Both the position numbers and the translations under genes were made by a program. 64,000 bases of DNA from Ranitomeya imitator (taxonomy: Eukaryota), in assembly GCF_032444005.1 (NCBI RefSeq), contig NC_091291.1, positions 25,358,001-25,422,000 on the forward strand. Reading direction: 5' to 3'. Shown in pieces: positions 48,037-59,470 of the stretch (positions are counted from its first letter, which is position 1; each line of letters opens with the position of its first letter). The notes under the pieces were generated by a model. The model did no database searches, was not told the DNA's origin, and worked only from the letters and a program-made list of their open reading frames with translations.

Positions 48037-49952
48037 GTGAGTAATCCGCGACCGTTAATTCTCAGCAGAACCCGGGGGGGGGGGGAGTGAAGGGTTAATA
48101 TTTTTTTAATTTGATATTCTTCCTGTTTATTTATTAGACGTCACTTTGTTTTTTTATTTTATTTGTAAATATTTATTTTACTCCCATTGTTATATTTTAA
48201 CTTACTTTATTTATATTTTATATAATTTATTTTAATAAATATATATATATATATTTTTTTATTATTATTCCCCCCCCCCCCCCTCAGGTATTTTTTTTAG
48301 AATTTTTAAAGGGTATTTTTTATTAATTTTTTTTTTTCTATATTTTCCATTTTATTTTATTCCAGTCTTTTGTGATCACATGACTGCGCTTGTTTCTGTT
48401 GCGTCCGGGGGTCTCTTGTAACGCTGCAGCGCTATTCTGTGACTGTTGGTCCAGACGCTTTTACACTGCGATAGGAAGGGTATAAATGTCTGATTGCAGG
48501 GGGTCCCGTCAGTCCCCAGACCCCCCCCCCCCACATTCCATGCAGGTGCCATTGTAGGTTTGAGGGCTTAAGGACCCTCCTTCTTGTGAACGATTGGACC
48601 CCTGGTGATGATAAATATGTCCCTGTTATGGGCTATTAGGGGTTAACGATCGTCGCTGCAGATGCTTAACGCTTCCGGTCTCTTTCACCTGGGAGCTGTC
48701 GCTCTGCACGTAGCTCAGGGAGGTTTTACACTCCTGGGGGGGGAAGGGTGGGAAGTGCAGGTTTATTTCTGAGGTGAAACAACTACAAATCTCAGCATGC
48801 TCGTCCAGCCACAGGCATGCTGGGATATGTAGTTTGACCGCAGGTCGTAGTCATGTCCTTATCCTGATCTTTTTGGAAGGTCGGGACCCCCCAGAATGTG
48901 TCGGTGACATTTATGCCACCTTATATACAGATAGGGACAGTCTTAAAGGGGCGGTAGCCTTTGCCTTTTATTGCTACCATATTGTTATAATAGGAGCAGC
49001 TGACTTGGGTGGAAATGTCATAAAGTGACGGTGGCTGAGGTCACTTATCCTCCAAATATCAAAGACTGACTGGCACTTCCAGACAGAAAAACAGGTGCAT
49101 GCTAAAGAGCCACTAATGTGTTTGAAAATGGCTGATAACAGAGAGCATAAGAATGTACAGCTACACTGAGGGGTATTGCAGAGCTGGTGACCCCATGACC
49201 TCGGCTCATTATGATTTTTGTGTCTTTTCAGTTGATCCCCCTGTTCCTGTTCGTGGGGTTAGGAGGTGCCGGCTCCCTCCTCTACGCTCTGAGGGTGACT
49301 ATGTCCAGCCCTGAAGTCGTGTAAGTTCCCTCTCACCATGTCAGGAAGGGGTTAAAGGAATTTTGTGAATTAATCTTGATATTAAATTTGCATTTTCATT
49401 TATTTATTTTTTGCAGCTGGGACAAGAAAAACAACCCGGACCCCTGGAGCAAGAAGAGCCCAAACTACCAGTACAAGGTACGGATGGATGGGGGGACGCC
49501 GCCATTATTATACTGGACCATTATCATGGTTGTAGCGGTCTGACGGCAACATGGCATGCTGGGAGTTGTATTTTTGCAATAGCTGTAGACCTTTGGTCTA
49601 ATTAAATGTTATATGCACGTTCCCCTTTGGATTGAATCCCCCCCACCATTGTCAGCAGTCGTGTTCCCTTGTATGCAGGCAACGAGTATTACGGCAACAT
49701 TGGTTTTTAAAGTGGAGATGTATTGAAACCTGTTGCTAACGAAACCAGTGGGGTCCGAGTGCCGCAGAGGATGACCCATCCTCGTGATGACTGACTGACA
49801 GATCTTTTCCTGGAACGCCCCTTTAAGTTGACGATTGTGTATCCCCCCCCCTCATAAGGAACGAGTCCCATTAACCATTTCTTGTGTCTCCGCAGTTTTA
49901 CAATGAAACAATCGACTACAAGAACTTGAAGAAGGAAGGTCCTGACTTCTAA
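47995..49952 (+). CDS. NDUFA4: NDUFA4/COXFA4-family cytochrome c oxidase accessory subunit, 4 exons: join(47995..48036,49232..49320,49417..49477,49896..49952), 82 aa MFRTMLTHARKHPSLIPLFLFVGLGGAGSLLYALRVTMSSPEVVWDKKNNPDPWSKKSPNYQYKFYNETIDYKNLKKEGPDF
   Basis: Exons of 42/89/61/57 nt with GT-AG introns and consistent phases. Family motifs KHPSLIPLF, a single TM helix, WD(K)KNNPxPW, YQYKF and C-terminal DYxxLKKxxPDF. The family is clear; which paralogue it is is not resolved. Confidence 0.93.
49232..49320 (+). CDS. NDUFA4: NDUFA4-like exon 2 (TM helix)
   Basis: tcttttcag|TTG ATC CCC...GTC GT|GTAAGT. Confidence 0.93.
49417..49477 (+). CDS. NDUFA4: NDUFA4-like exon 3
   Basis: ttttgcag|C TGG GAC AAG...TAC AAG|GTACGG. 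Confidence 0.93.
49896..49952 (+). CDS. NDUFA4: NDUFA4-like exon 4
   Basis: ctccgcag|TTT TAC AAT...GAC TTC TAA. Confidence 0.93.
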   Translation, partial: FYNETIDYKNLKKEGPDF

Positions 49953-50267
49953 GCCCGCTGCGCTCGTGCAGAAGCCGCCACCATTCAGTCCAGGAATGTC
50001 CATTCCCGCTATTTAATCAGATCCGGCCGGTGACGTCGCTTTCTCGGCTCGTTCTGTCGTTAATGTGTTTAGTGGAACTTAATCCGATTACCGGCGTCTG
50101 CTCCTCGGGGCGAAGCGCTCGCTCCATCCACTGACTTGTTAAATACATGGATTTCTACATGAGCCATGTCTACTGTGAAGTTATTGTCTCGGGGAGCCTG
50201 GAAGGTCTGGTGTGAGGGCTTCTGCATTTAGGTGGGGTTCTCGAGCTGTGACCCCCTATTTATGGCA

Positions 50268-50566
50268 AGCAGAGAAAAAGGAGCAGCATCCATACCAGGT
50301 GAATCGTGTCCAAAACGGTCTTTATTCAGCCATATAAAAGATACGTTTCGGCCAAATTGGCCTTTGTCAAGCATGATGCTTGACAAAGGCCAATTTGGCC
50401 GAAACGTAGTATCTTTTATATGGCTGAATAAAGACCATTTTGGACACGATTCACCTGGTATGGATGCTGCTCCTTTTTCTCTGCTTGTGATTTTGGGTCC
50501 GACTGGATCCTTGGACTCCTGTGCGTGCATCCCTCATCCGAGTGCTGGTGGTTGACTTTTTCTATG
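50268..50566 (+). mobile_element. Short Penelope-like insertion: near-perfect ~110-bp palindrome plus tail, 15-bp TSD
   Basis: Arms ~50268-50373 and ~50376-50486; TSD cccctatttatggca at 50253-50267 and 50567-50581; AATAAA at 50427-50432. Confidence 0.75.
50375..50413 (+). ncRNA. Putative minimal type I hammerhead ribozyme motif (U3-A8 variant)
   Basis: GATGC|TTGACAA-A-GGCC-AATTT-GGCC-GAA-ACGT-A|GTATC: helix I GATGC/GTATC (one G-U), helix II GGCC/GGCC, palindromic ACGT helix III, NUH triplet GUA. Confidence 0.55.
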
Positions 50567-52977
50567 CCCCTATTTATGGCAGGGAAATAATTCGGTCTAA
50601 GGGGCCCCTTGTTCCAGAGATCAGAAGAAGTCTCGACTCTGAGACCCTTTTCCCATGGTAATATGGCAGTGTGTCCCCCTGTACTGTCGCCCCTATACAC
50701 CATTAGTGGGATGAGAGAGTAACAGGAAAGGTGATGATCAGACTGACTGACAGCTGTCACTCCGGGCTCTGATATTGTGACATGAAATACTTTGTCACTG
50801 GTTTGTATATGGGGGAGATGCCCTTTAAATTTTGGCTAATCATATAAGCCAGTAAGCACAACACCCTGGCGGATCTTCCCCGCGCAAGGAGCGCGGAACA
50901 CTCCATGTAATAGTATATCATACAGATCATGTCGCAATTGTACAACCTATAGATGAAGAGTGTCACACAAACGTAGAGCAAAATCCAAACTACTTTATTT
51001 CAGACTATAAAAAATGACAAACGTAACAATTTTTAAAAAAGGGGCCTCAAACCAAAAAACACAAAGGGGTCGAACGGCCACAGCAGTAGGACACTAGTAC
51101 ACATATTTGGCATTAAGGGTACCTTTCTTGCACATATATTAAAATTATACAAGCATATAGTTCTGCATACATCTACATTGAAGATTGAAGATGATAATCC
51201 TACATTTGCATGAAGTCTAGATAACATTGCAAACACTGGAAAGAAAGGGTTAATTGCCTATCCCACAAAAAGAAATCTTTTTTTGGTACTATGTGTCAGT
51301 GACCAGATTATTTCAACACAATGTTACGGTGTGTTGAAATGAAGCTTCAGCCAATAAATACAGGATGCTTAAAGTACCAATACAGCGGTATATAGGTTTC
51401 AATTATTGGTATAAAAGATCGCAGCCTATAGTGTAAAGTGAAATATGTCCATGTGCCCAATTGCACCTGGAAACAGGAACCTGTAATATCACTCTGCCAA
51501 TGCAGCCCATTGAAAAGTAGTATAATTGTGCCCCCTATGGGTCCAGTGAGGCATTGAGTGATTGGCGGCAACAAGGGAAGATAACAGATTTTATTTTTTT
51601 TTTTTTAAAGCCTGAGACTATGGACCTAAAATAAAAATCCAAAAAAGGGCAAAATCCTGCTCCACATCAGGAGTTCGGCATCTTCAGTAATGTCACATAT
51701 GGACCGAGTGGGACGTCACCGGCTTCTGCTGAGCACAGTGACATCTGCATTAATGTGGGGGGAGGGGAATAACTAAAAATACAGAAAGGTTTACATAGTC
51801 AGTTGGGGGATCGGACCTGTGATCCAAAATGCATCGTAGTCAAATACAAAGCTGAGTGAGGGGCTGGAAGGCTGGGGTGGTGCTACACTCCAGCCGTCAT
51901 CTGACATTTCTCCAAGGATGTGGATACTATACATCAAAGCAGCGCGGCCTGGAGAATAGGAACTGATGGATCTATCCTCCGATCACTGCAAGGCTAATAA
52001 CATGAATAACCTAATATATGGAGAAAAGTATGTGCCCCCCACAACCACCTCAGGGCTTCTCTGTCCTCCAGCTACATCCATACTAATTAACACCCTTCAC
52101 GACCTTGGACGTATAGTTATGTCATCGGTCGTGTCCCCGCATTTGATGTCGGCCCAACATTCACTGCAAATGACAGCTGATCTGTCGTGTGCCTCCAACA
52201 ATCACAGGTGGATCCGAAGATCCACCAGCAGCTGTTAACCAGTTAAATGCTGCTGTCAATGACTAATGGCAGTGTTTACATGCCCAGGTGGAAGCACAGC
52301 ATAAGATCCGGCCGTTAGCGCCGGTCAGAGCTCTGTAGTTCACACGCTGTCATACAGGTGAAAGCCTGAACCAGTAGCTGTGACCGGTGGTCAAAGGGTG
52401 ACCACCGGTCACAGGCGTCGGCTGATGAGAGAGTACTACTCATCAGCGTATGCCTGCTGTCGCTAATAGCAGGCGAGGCTGACGAGTATTCATCAGCCAG
52501 CCTGTGCTATAAATGTAAAAAAAAAAATGACGTGGAGTCTCCTACTTTTGATAACCAGCACAAGCAAAACCAACAGCTGCGGGCTGCAACCCTCAGCTGT
52601 CAGCTTTATCATAGACTGTTATCAAGAATAGAGGGGTCCAACTTTTTTTTTTTCAATTTAAATAAAACGGCGTGGGGTCCCCATCCATTTTTGACAACCA
52701 GCCAAGCTAAAACAGCTGGTGGATGGTATTCTCAGGCTGTTAAGGGGCCATGGATATTGCCACTTCCCCTTCCTCCCAGCCTAAAAATAACAGCCCAAGA
52801 AAAGGCGCATCTATTTTCTGGGGTGGCTGCTGGCTGCCATTTTTAGGCTGGGAAGGGCTAATATCCGTGGCCCTTTACCAGTCTGAGAATACCAGGCCCC
52901 AGCTGTCTACTTAAGCTTGACTGATTGTCAAAAATGGAGGGTGGGGAGAACCCCCTCCGTTTTTTTTTTTAAATTAA

Positions 52978-54290
52978 TCTATATAATTGTCTAAGGGTCA
53001 CTTCCATCTGTCTGTCTTTCTGTCTGTCACGGATATTCATTGGTCGCGGCCTCTGTCTGTCATGGAAATGCAAGTCGCTGTTTGGTCTCCCCAGCTGCCT
53101 GTCATGGACAATGACAGCTGCCGCGACCAATCAGCGACGGCCACAGTCCGATTAGTCCCTCCCTACTCCCTTGCAGTCAGTGCCCGGCACCCGCTCCATA
53201 CTCCCCGCAGTTGGCGCCCGCTCCATACTCCCCGCAGTCAGTGCCCGCTCCATACTCCCTGCAGTTGGCGCCCGCTCCATACTCCCCTGCAGTCAGCGCC
53301 CGGCGCCCGCTCCATACTCCCCTCCAGTAAACCACTCACACAGGGTTAATGCCAGTGGTAACGGACCGCGTTATGCCGCGGGTAACTCACTCCGTTACCG
53401 CCGCTATTAACCCTGTGTGACCAAGTTTTTACTATTGATGCTACCTTTGCGGCATCAATAGTAAAAAGATCTACTGTTAAAAATAATATAAACAAAAAAC
53501 CTGCTATTCTCACCTTCCGTCGTCCGACGATGCGCTCGCGTCTGCCGCCAGCTTCCATTCCCAGAGATGGATTGCGAAATTACCCAGAAGACTTAGCGTT
53601 CTCGCGAGACCGCTAAGTGATCTGGGTAATTTCGCAATGCATCCTGGGAACGAAAGATGGCGGCAGCCACGCGCGCATTGCCAGAGGTTCACTGGATCTA
53701 CTCTGGATCCCGCCGGCTGGTGAGTAGAGAACTATTTTTTATTTAAATTATTTTTTTAACGGATATGGTGCCCACACTGCTAAATACTACGTGGGCTGTG
53801 TTAGATACCGCGTGGCTGCTATATACTACCTGGCCAGTGTTACATACTATGTGGGCTGTGTTCTATACTGCGTGGGCTGCGTTATAAACTACATGGCTGC
53901 TATATACTACGTGGGCAGTGTTATATACTACGTGGCTGTGTTCTATACTGCGTGGCTGCAATATACCACGTGGCCACTGTTAGATACTATGTGGGCTGTG
54001 CTATATATAATGTGGCCAGTGTTACATACTACGTGGGCTGTGTTATATACTGCGTGGCTGCTATATACTGCGTGGGCTGTGTTATATACGTGGACCGTGT
54101 TATTTACTGCGTGGCCTATATTAACGCATCGGGTATTCTACAATATGTATGTATATAGCAGCCACATGGTATATACCACAGGCCACATAGTACTCCTATA
54201 TACTACGTGGCCTGTGCTATATACTATGTGGCTGCTATATACATACATATTCTAGAATACCCGATGCGTTAGAATCGGGCCACCATCTAG
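52978..54290 (+). mobile_element. Non-autonomous Helitron
   Basis: 5' A|TC, 3' hairpin cccgat-gcgttaga-atcggg followed 7 nt later by CTAG|T; no TSD; internal degenerate ~20-bp repeats. Confidence 0.75.
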
Positions 54291-54500
54291 TTTTTAATAA
54301 ATGGCATGGGACCCCTCTTTTTGATAACCAGCCATGATAAAGCTGACAGGTGAGGGCTGCAACGCACAACTGTGGGTTTTGCCTGTGCTGGTTATAAAAA
54401 TAGAGGGACCACACATCATTTTTTTTTATTCATTGCACAACATCAGTGGCACCTGGTCTCACTGTAACCAGCGATAGCAAGTGTATGCTGATGAGAGTAA

Positions 54501-54696
54501 GGGCTTGTTTTCACTTGCGAGGAACACGTCCGTGTCTCGCATGTGGAAACGAAGCTCTGGCGCCGGCACTCCGGAGTGGAGCGTGCAGCTGCATGTGTTG
54601 CTATGCGGCCGCACGCTCTGCTCCGGAGTGCCGGCGCCGGAACTTCGTTTCCACATGCGAGACACGGACGTGTTTCTCGCATGTGGAAACAAGCCC
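54501..54696. mobile_element. Fully palindromic Harbinger-type MITE
   Basis: TAA|gggcttgtt...aacaagccc|TAA. Confidence 0.85.
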
Positions 54697-55929
54697 TAAT
54701 ACTCATCAGGTGACACATGTGACCGGCGGTAACCTTTTTTGTACCGCCGGTCACATCTGCCAGCTCACACGTTATCATCTGCGTGACAGTGTGGGAACCG
54801 CAGATCATTTTAAAAAATGGCACTTAAAAAAAACAACAAAATAAGCAAATACCGTGTAGTCAATAAATAGCAATAGTGCATGGAAATACTATAGGATGCT
54901 TAGTTAGCGTTATTTTGATTAAAACAAACATATAAGCCATCCTACCACGACACGGTGACCCTAGTCAAGCCCGTGCCAACCTCTGGTAATTAAACCTTAC
55001 CATGTGCCAAATGATGTACATGTGAATAAGGGCTGAGACCCGACTGCTGGACTCCCAGCCATGGGGAACTAGATGACTGTAATGCCCAGCTCCAGGAAAA
55101 GGGAGGCTGCACCTTTGTTTGCCCAGAATGCAAAAATAAAATAAGATGCTAGACATGTTTGGTATCTGCGCAGTCGTACTGACTTGGGGAATCATAATGG
55201 CAGCTCAGTTTCACAGCCAAAGCTAACAGACAGTTCTCCATCCTCCTCCTTCTCGACCTGTCCTCTGCTTTCGACACAGTCGATCACTGCTTACTGCTAC
55301 AGATTCTTCCCTCGGCATCAAAGACCTTGCCCTGTCCTGGATCTCCTCATACCTTTCCGACCGCACATTTAGCATTTCGCACTCACACACTACCTCCTCA
55401 TCCCGCCCTCTATCTGTTGGAGTCCCTCAAGGCTCTGTCCTAGGGCCCCTACTTTTTTCCATCTATACCCTTGGCCTAGGACCAGGGCCGTATTTAGAGT
55501 TTCTGCTGCCCTAGGCACTTTTAGTGCTGCCTCCCCCTTTGGTGAGTATGACGCTATCGGCAGTGACTTTGGCAAGAATCGTTGTTATGAAAGTCGCCTT
55601 TTGCAGCAGATCCGGCAGTTTTTCCACATCTGCCGTGTAACGGATCACTTACGGCAACACTGCGTACGGCCTCATTCATTTCCTATGGGATTTGTGGACA
55701 TTTGTGGAACTTGCCGCGATCCGGCAAATGCGGTATCATACCTCCCAACTTTTGAAGAAGGGAAAGAGGGATAAAGTTTGTGGGGCGCTATGCGGAAAAT
55801 TTTAGGCCACGCTTCTGACCACACCCTTTTCACAACTAGTCACACCCATACCCACGCCCCAACCACATCCATTTAGTACTGCTGATCACACTTTCATAAA
55901 CAATAATTACAAACAAAAAAAAAATACGG

Positions 55930-56620
55930 CCACACAGTGCTCCATACTGTATAATGGCCACACATGATGCTCCATACTGTATAATGGCCCCACAGTGCTC
56001 TATACTGTATAATGACTGCACATGATGCTCCATACTGTATAATGACCGCACATGATGCTCCATACTGTATAATGGCCCCACAGTGCTCCATACTGTATAA
56101 TGACCACACATGATGCTCTATACTGTATAATGGCCACACATGATGCTCTATACTGTATAATGACTGCACATGATGCTCCATACTGTATAATGGCTCCACA
56201 TGATGCTCCATACTGTACAATGGCCACACAGTGCTCCATACTGTATAATGACCACACATGATGCTCTATACTGTATAATGGCCACACATGATGCTCCATA
56301 CTGTATAATGACTGCACATGATGCTCCATACTGTATAATGACCCCACATGATGCTCTATACTGTATGACTGCACATGATGCTCCATACTGTATAATGGCC
56401 CCACAGTGCTCCATAGTGTATAATGACCACACATGATGCTCTATACTGTATAATGACTGCACATGATGCTCCATACTGTATAATGGCCGCACATGATGCT
56501 CCATACTGTATAATGGCCACACAGTGCTCCATACTGTATAATGACCACACATGATACTCTATACTGTATAATGACTGCACATGATGCTCCATACTGTATA
56601 ATGGCCACACACGATGCTAA
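55930..56620 (+). repeat. ~29-30-bp minisatellite
   Basis: atgctccatactgtataatggccacacatg and variants. Confidence 0.9.
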
Positions 56621-56639
56621 ATACTGCATAATTGCCCCC

Positions 56640-57200
56640 TCCCTCCCATCTTGTATGCATGGCTCATATCCCCCTCCCATCCTGTATGCATGGCTCATCT
56701 CACCCCCCTCCCATCCGGTATGCATGGCTCATTTCACCCCTCCTCCCATCCTGTATGCATGGCTCATCTCACCCCCCCTCCTATCCTGTATGCATGGCTC
56801 ATCTCACCCCCCCCATCCTGTATGCATGGCTCATCTCACCCCCCTCCCATCCTGTATGCATGGCTCATCTCACCCCCCCTCCTTTCCTGTATGCATGGCT
56901 CATCTCACCCCCCCCTCCCATCCTGTATGCATGGCTCATCTCACCCCCCCTCCTTTCCTGTATGCATGGCTCATCTCACCCCCCCTCCCATCCTGTATGC
57001 ATGGCTCATCTCACCTCCCCTCCCATCCTGTATGCATGGCTCATCTCACCCCCCCTCCTTTCCTGTATGCATGGCTCATCTCACCCCCCCTCCCTTCCTG
57101 TATGCATGGCTCATCTCACCCCCCCATCTTGTATGCATGGCTTATTTCCCCCCCCCCATCTTGTATGCATGGCTCGGCTCCCCACTCCCATCTTGCATGG
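56640..57200 (+). repeat. ~35-bp C-rich minisatellite
   Basis: tcctgtatgcatggctcatctcacccccctccca. Confidence 0.9.
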
Positions 57201-58429
57201 CTCGGCTCCCCGTCCTCCTTCATCCTCCCCCCCCCTGTCCTCCCTGGCTGTCATACTCACCTTTCCCACACGGCTCCAAACATCCCTCCATCTCTGTCCC
57301 GGCGCAGCACCTCCTTCCTGCGTGAGCGGTCATGTGGAACCGCTCATTAAGGTCATGAATATGCGTCCATATTCATCACCTTAATGAGTGGTACCATGTG
57401 ACCGCTCACACAGGACGAGCTGCCGGCGCTGAGACCAGGCATGGCTGGAGTAGGGTGAGCATGACATCTTCAAGGAGGCAGGCAGCCGGCGGGCAGACAG
57501 GGGGGGGGGGCGGGTTGGTGACCCCGGACTTTAATTTAAAAAAAAACAGAAAAAAAACTTGCTCAGGTGCCGCCCCCGGCATCGTCCCGCCCTAGGCACC
57601 TCACTGACTCAGATGTCACCACTCTTCTGTCCAGAATCCCGGAGTGTCTATCGGCCATATCCTCCTTCACCTCTTGCTTCATAAAACTCAATGTAGACAT
57701 AACCAAACTCATCATCTTACCTCCATCTCACGTATCCCCCCTACCTGACCTATCTATTACAGTAAACGGCGTCACGCTCTCACCCGCACCTGAAATCTGC
57801 TGCCGCGGAATACCTCTCGATTCTGCCCTGTTTTTCAAATCGCACGTCCAAACTCTTGCCATCTCCTGTCGCCTCCAACTCAAAAATATTGCCAGAATCC
57901 GTCCCTTCCTCAGCCCACAATCTACTAAAACTCTTGTGCATGCCCTCATCATCTCCCGCCTCGACTACTGCAACACCCTTCTCTGTGGCCTCCCCGCTAA
58001 CTCCTTGCACCACTCCAGTCTGTCCTCAACTCTGCTGCCCGGCTAATCCACCTCTCTCCTCGTTACTCCCCTGCTTCTCCCCTCTGCAAATCCCTCCACT
58101 TGCTCCCAATTTCCAAACGAATCCAGTTCAAACTACTAACACTGATCTACAAAGCCATTCACAACCTGTCCCCTCCCTATATCTTTGAACTAATCTCCCA
58201 CTATCTTCCCTCACGTGATCTCCGATCCTCCCAAGACCTCCTACTCTCCTCCACACTTATTTGTTCCTCACACAACCGCCTCCAAGATTTCTCCCGAATA
58301 TCCCCCATCCTCTGCAATTCCACGACTCAACACATCTGATTATCCACCACCCTCGGCTCCTTCAGACGGAACCTGAAAACCCATCTCTTCAGGAAAGCCT
58401 ACAATCTGCAATAACCATTCTGCTGCCTC

Positions 58430-59470
58430 ACCAACCACCCGAGCTGCCCCCTCACCAACCACCCGAGCTGCTGCCTCACCACTACCCGAGCTGCCGCATC
58501 ACCAACCACCTGAGCTGCCGCCTCACCACCACCTGAGCTGATGCCTCACCACCACCCGAGCTGCCGCCTCACCAACCACCCAAGCCGCTGCCACGTCACC
58601 AACCACACGAGCTGCCACCTCACCAACCACCCGAGCTGCCACCTCACCAACTACCTGAGCTGCCGCCTCACCAACCACCCGAGCCGCTGCCACCTCACCA
58701 ACCACCCGAGCTGCCACCTCACCAACCACACGAGCTGCCACCTCACCAACCACCCGAGCCGCTGCCACCTGACCAACCACCAGAGCTGCCGCCTCACCAA
58801 CCACCCGAGCCGCTGCCACCTCACCAACCACCCGAGCTGCCACCTCACCAACCACACGAGCTGCCACCTCACCAACCACCCGAGCCGCTGCCACCTGACC
58901 AACCACCCGAGCTGCCACCTCACCAACCACCCGAACTGCCGCCTCACCAACCACCCGAGCCGCTGCCACATCACCAACCACCTGAGCTGCCTCCTCACCA
59001 ACCACCCGAGCTGCCGCCTCACCAACCACCCGAGCTGCCACCTCACCAACCACCCGAGCCGCTGCCACCTGACCAACCACCCGAGCTGCCACCTCACCAA
59101 CCACCCGAACTGCCGCCTCACCAACCACCCGAGCCGCTGCCACATCACCAACCACCTGAGCTGCCTCCTCACCAACCACCCGAGCTGCCGCCTCACCAAC
59201 CACCCGAGCTGCCGCCTCACCAACCACGCGAGCCGCTGCCACATCACCAACCACCTGAGCTGCCTCCTCACCAACCACCTGAGCTGCCACCTCACCAACC
59301 ACCTGAGCTGCCACCTCACCAACCACCCGAGCTGCTGCCTCACCAACCACCCGAGCTGCCTCCTCACCAACCAACCGAGCTGCCACCTCACCAACCACCC
59401 GAGCTGCCTCCTCACCAACCAACCGAGCTGCCACCTCACCAACCACCCGAGCTGCCGCCTCACCGACCTC
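58430..59470 (+). repeat. 24/27-bp minisatellite inside the L2 3' UTR
   Basis: ctgccacctcaccaaccacccgag(ccg). Confidence 0.93.

Larger units (their letters stand above)
55483..57600. mobile_element. Non-autonomous DNA-transposon-like insert (cagggccg start, hAT-like) carrying two minisatellites
   Basis: Interrupts the L2; gccctaggcac motif at both ends; no clear right TIR. Confidence 0.45.

Noticed and set aside
49953-50250. miR-147/miR-210 seed match (CGCACA) expected by analogy with mammalian NDUFA4 3' UTRs
   Set aside because: Not seen in this stretch.
51340-52050. Several minus-strand acceptor-like tracts and an FXYD-like peptide (SFVFDYDAFWITG), tempting because the FXYD cluster is nearby in mammals
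   Set aside because: There is no acceptor at the conserved FXYD intron position, no following TM helix, donors are weak and frames close quickly. I could not build a gene model; tBLASTn or RNA-seq would be needed.
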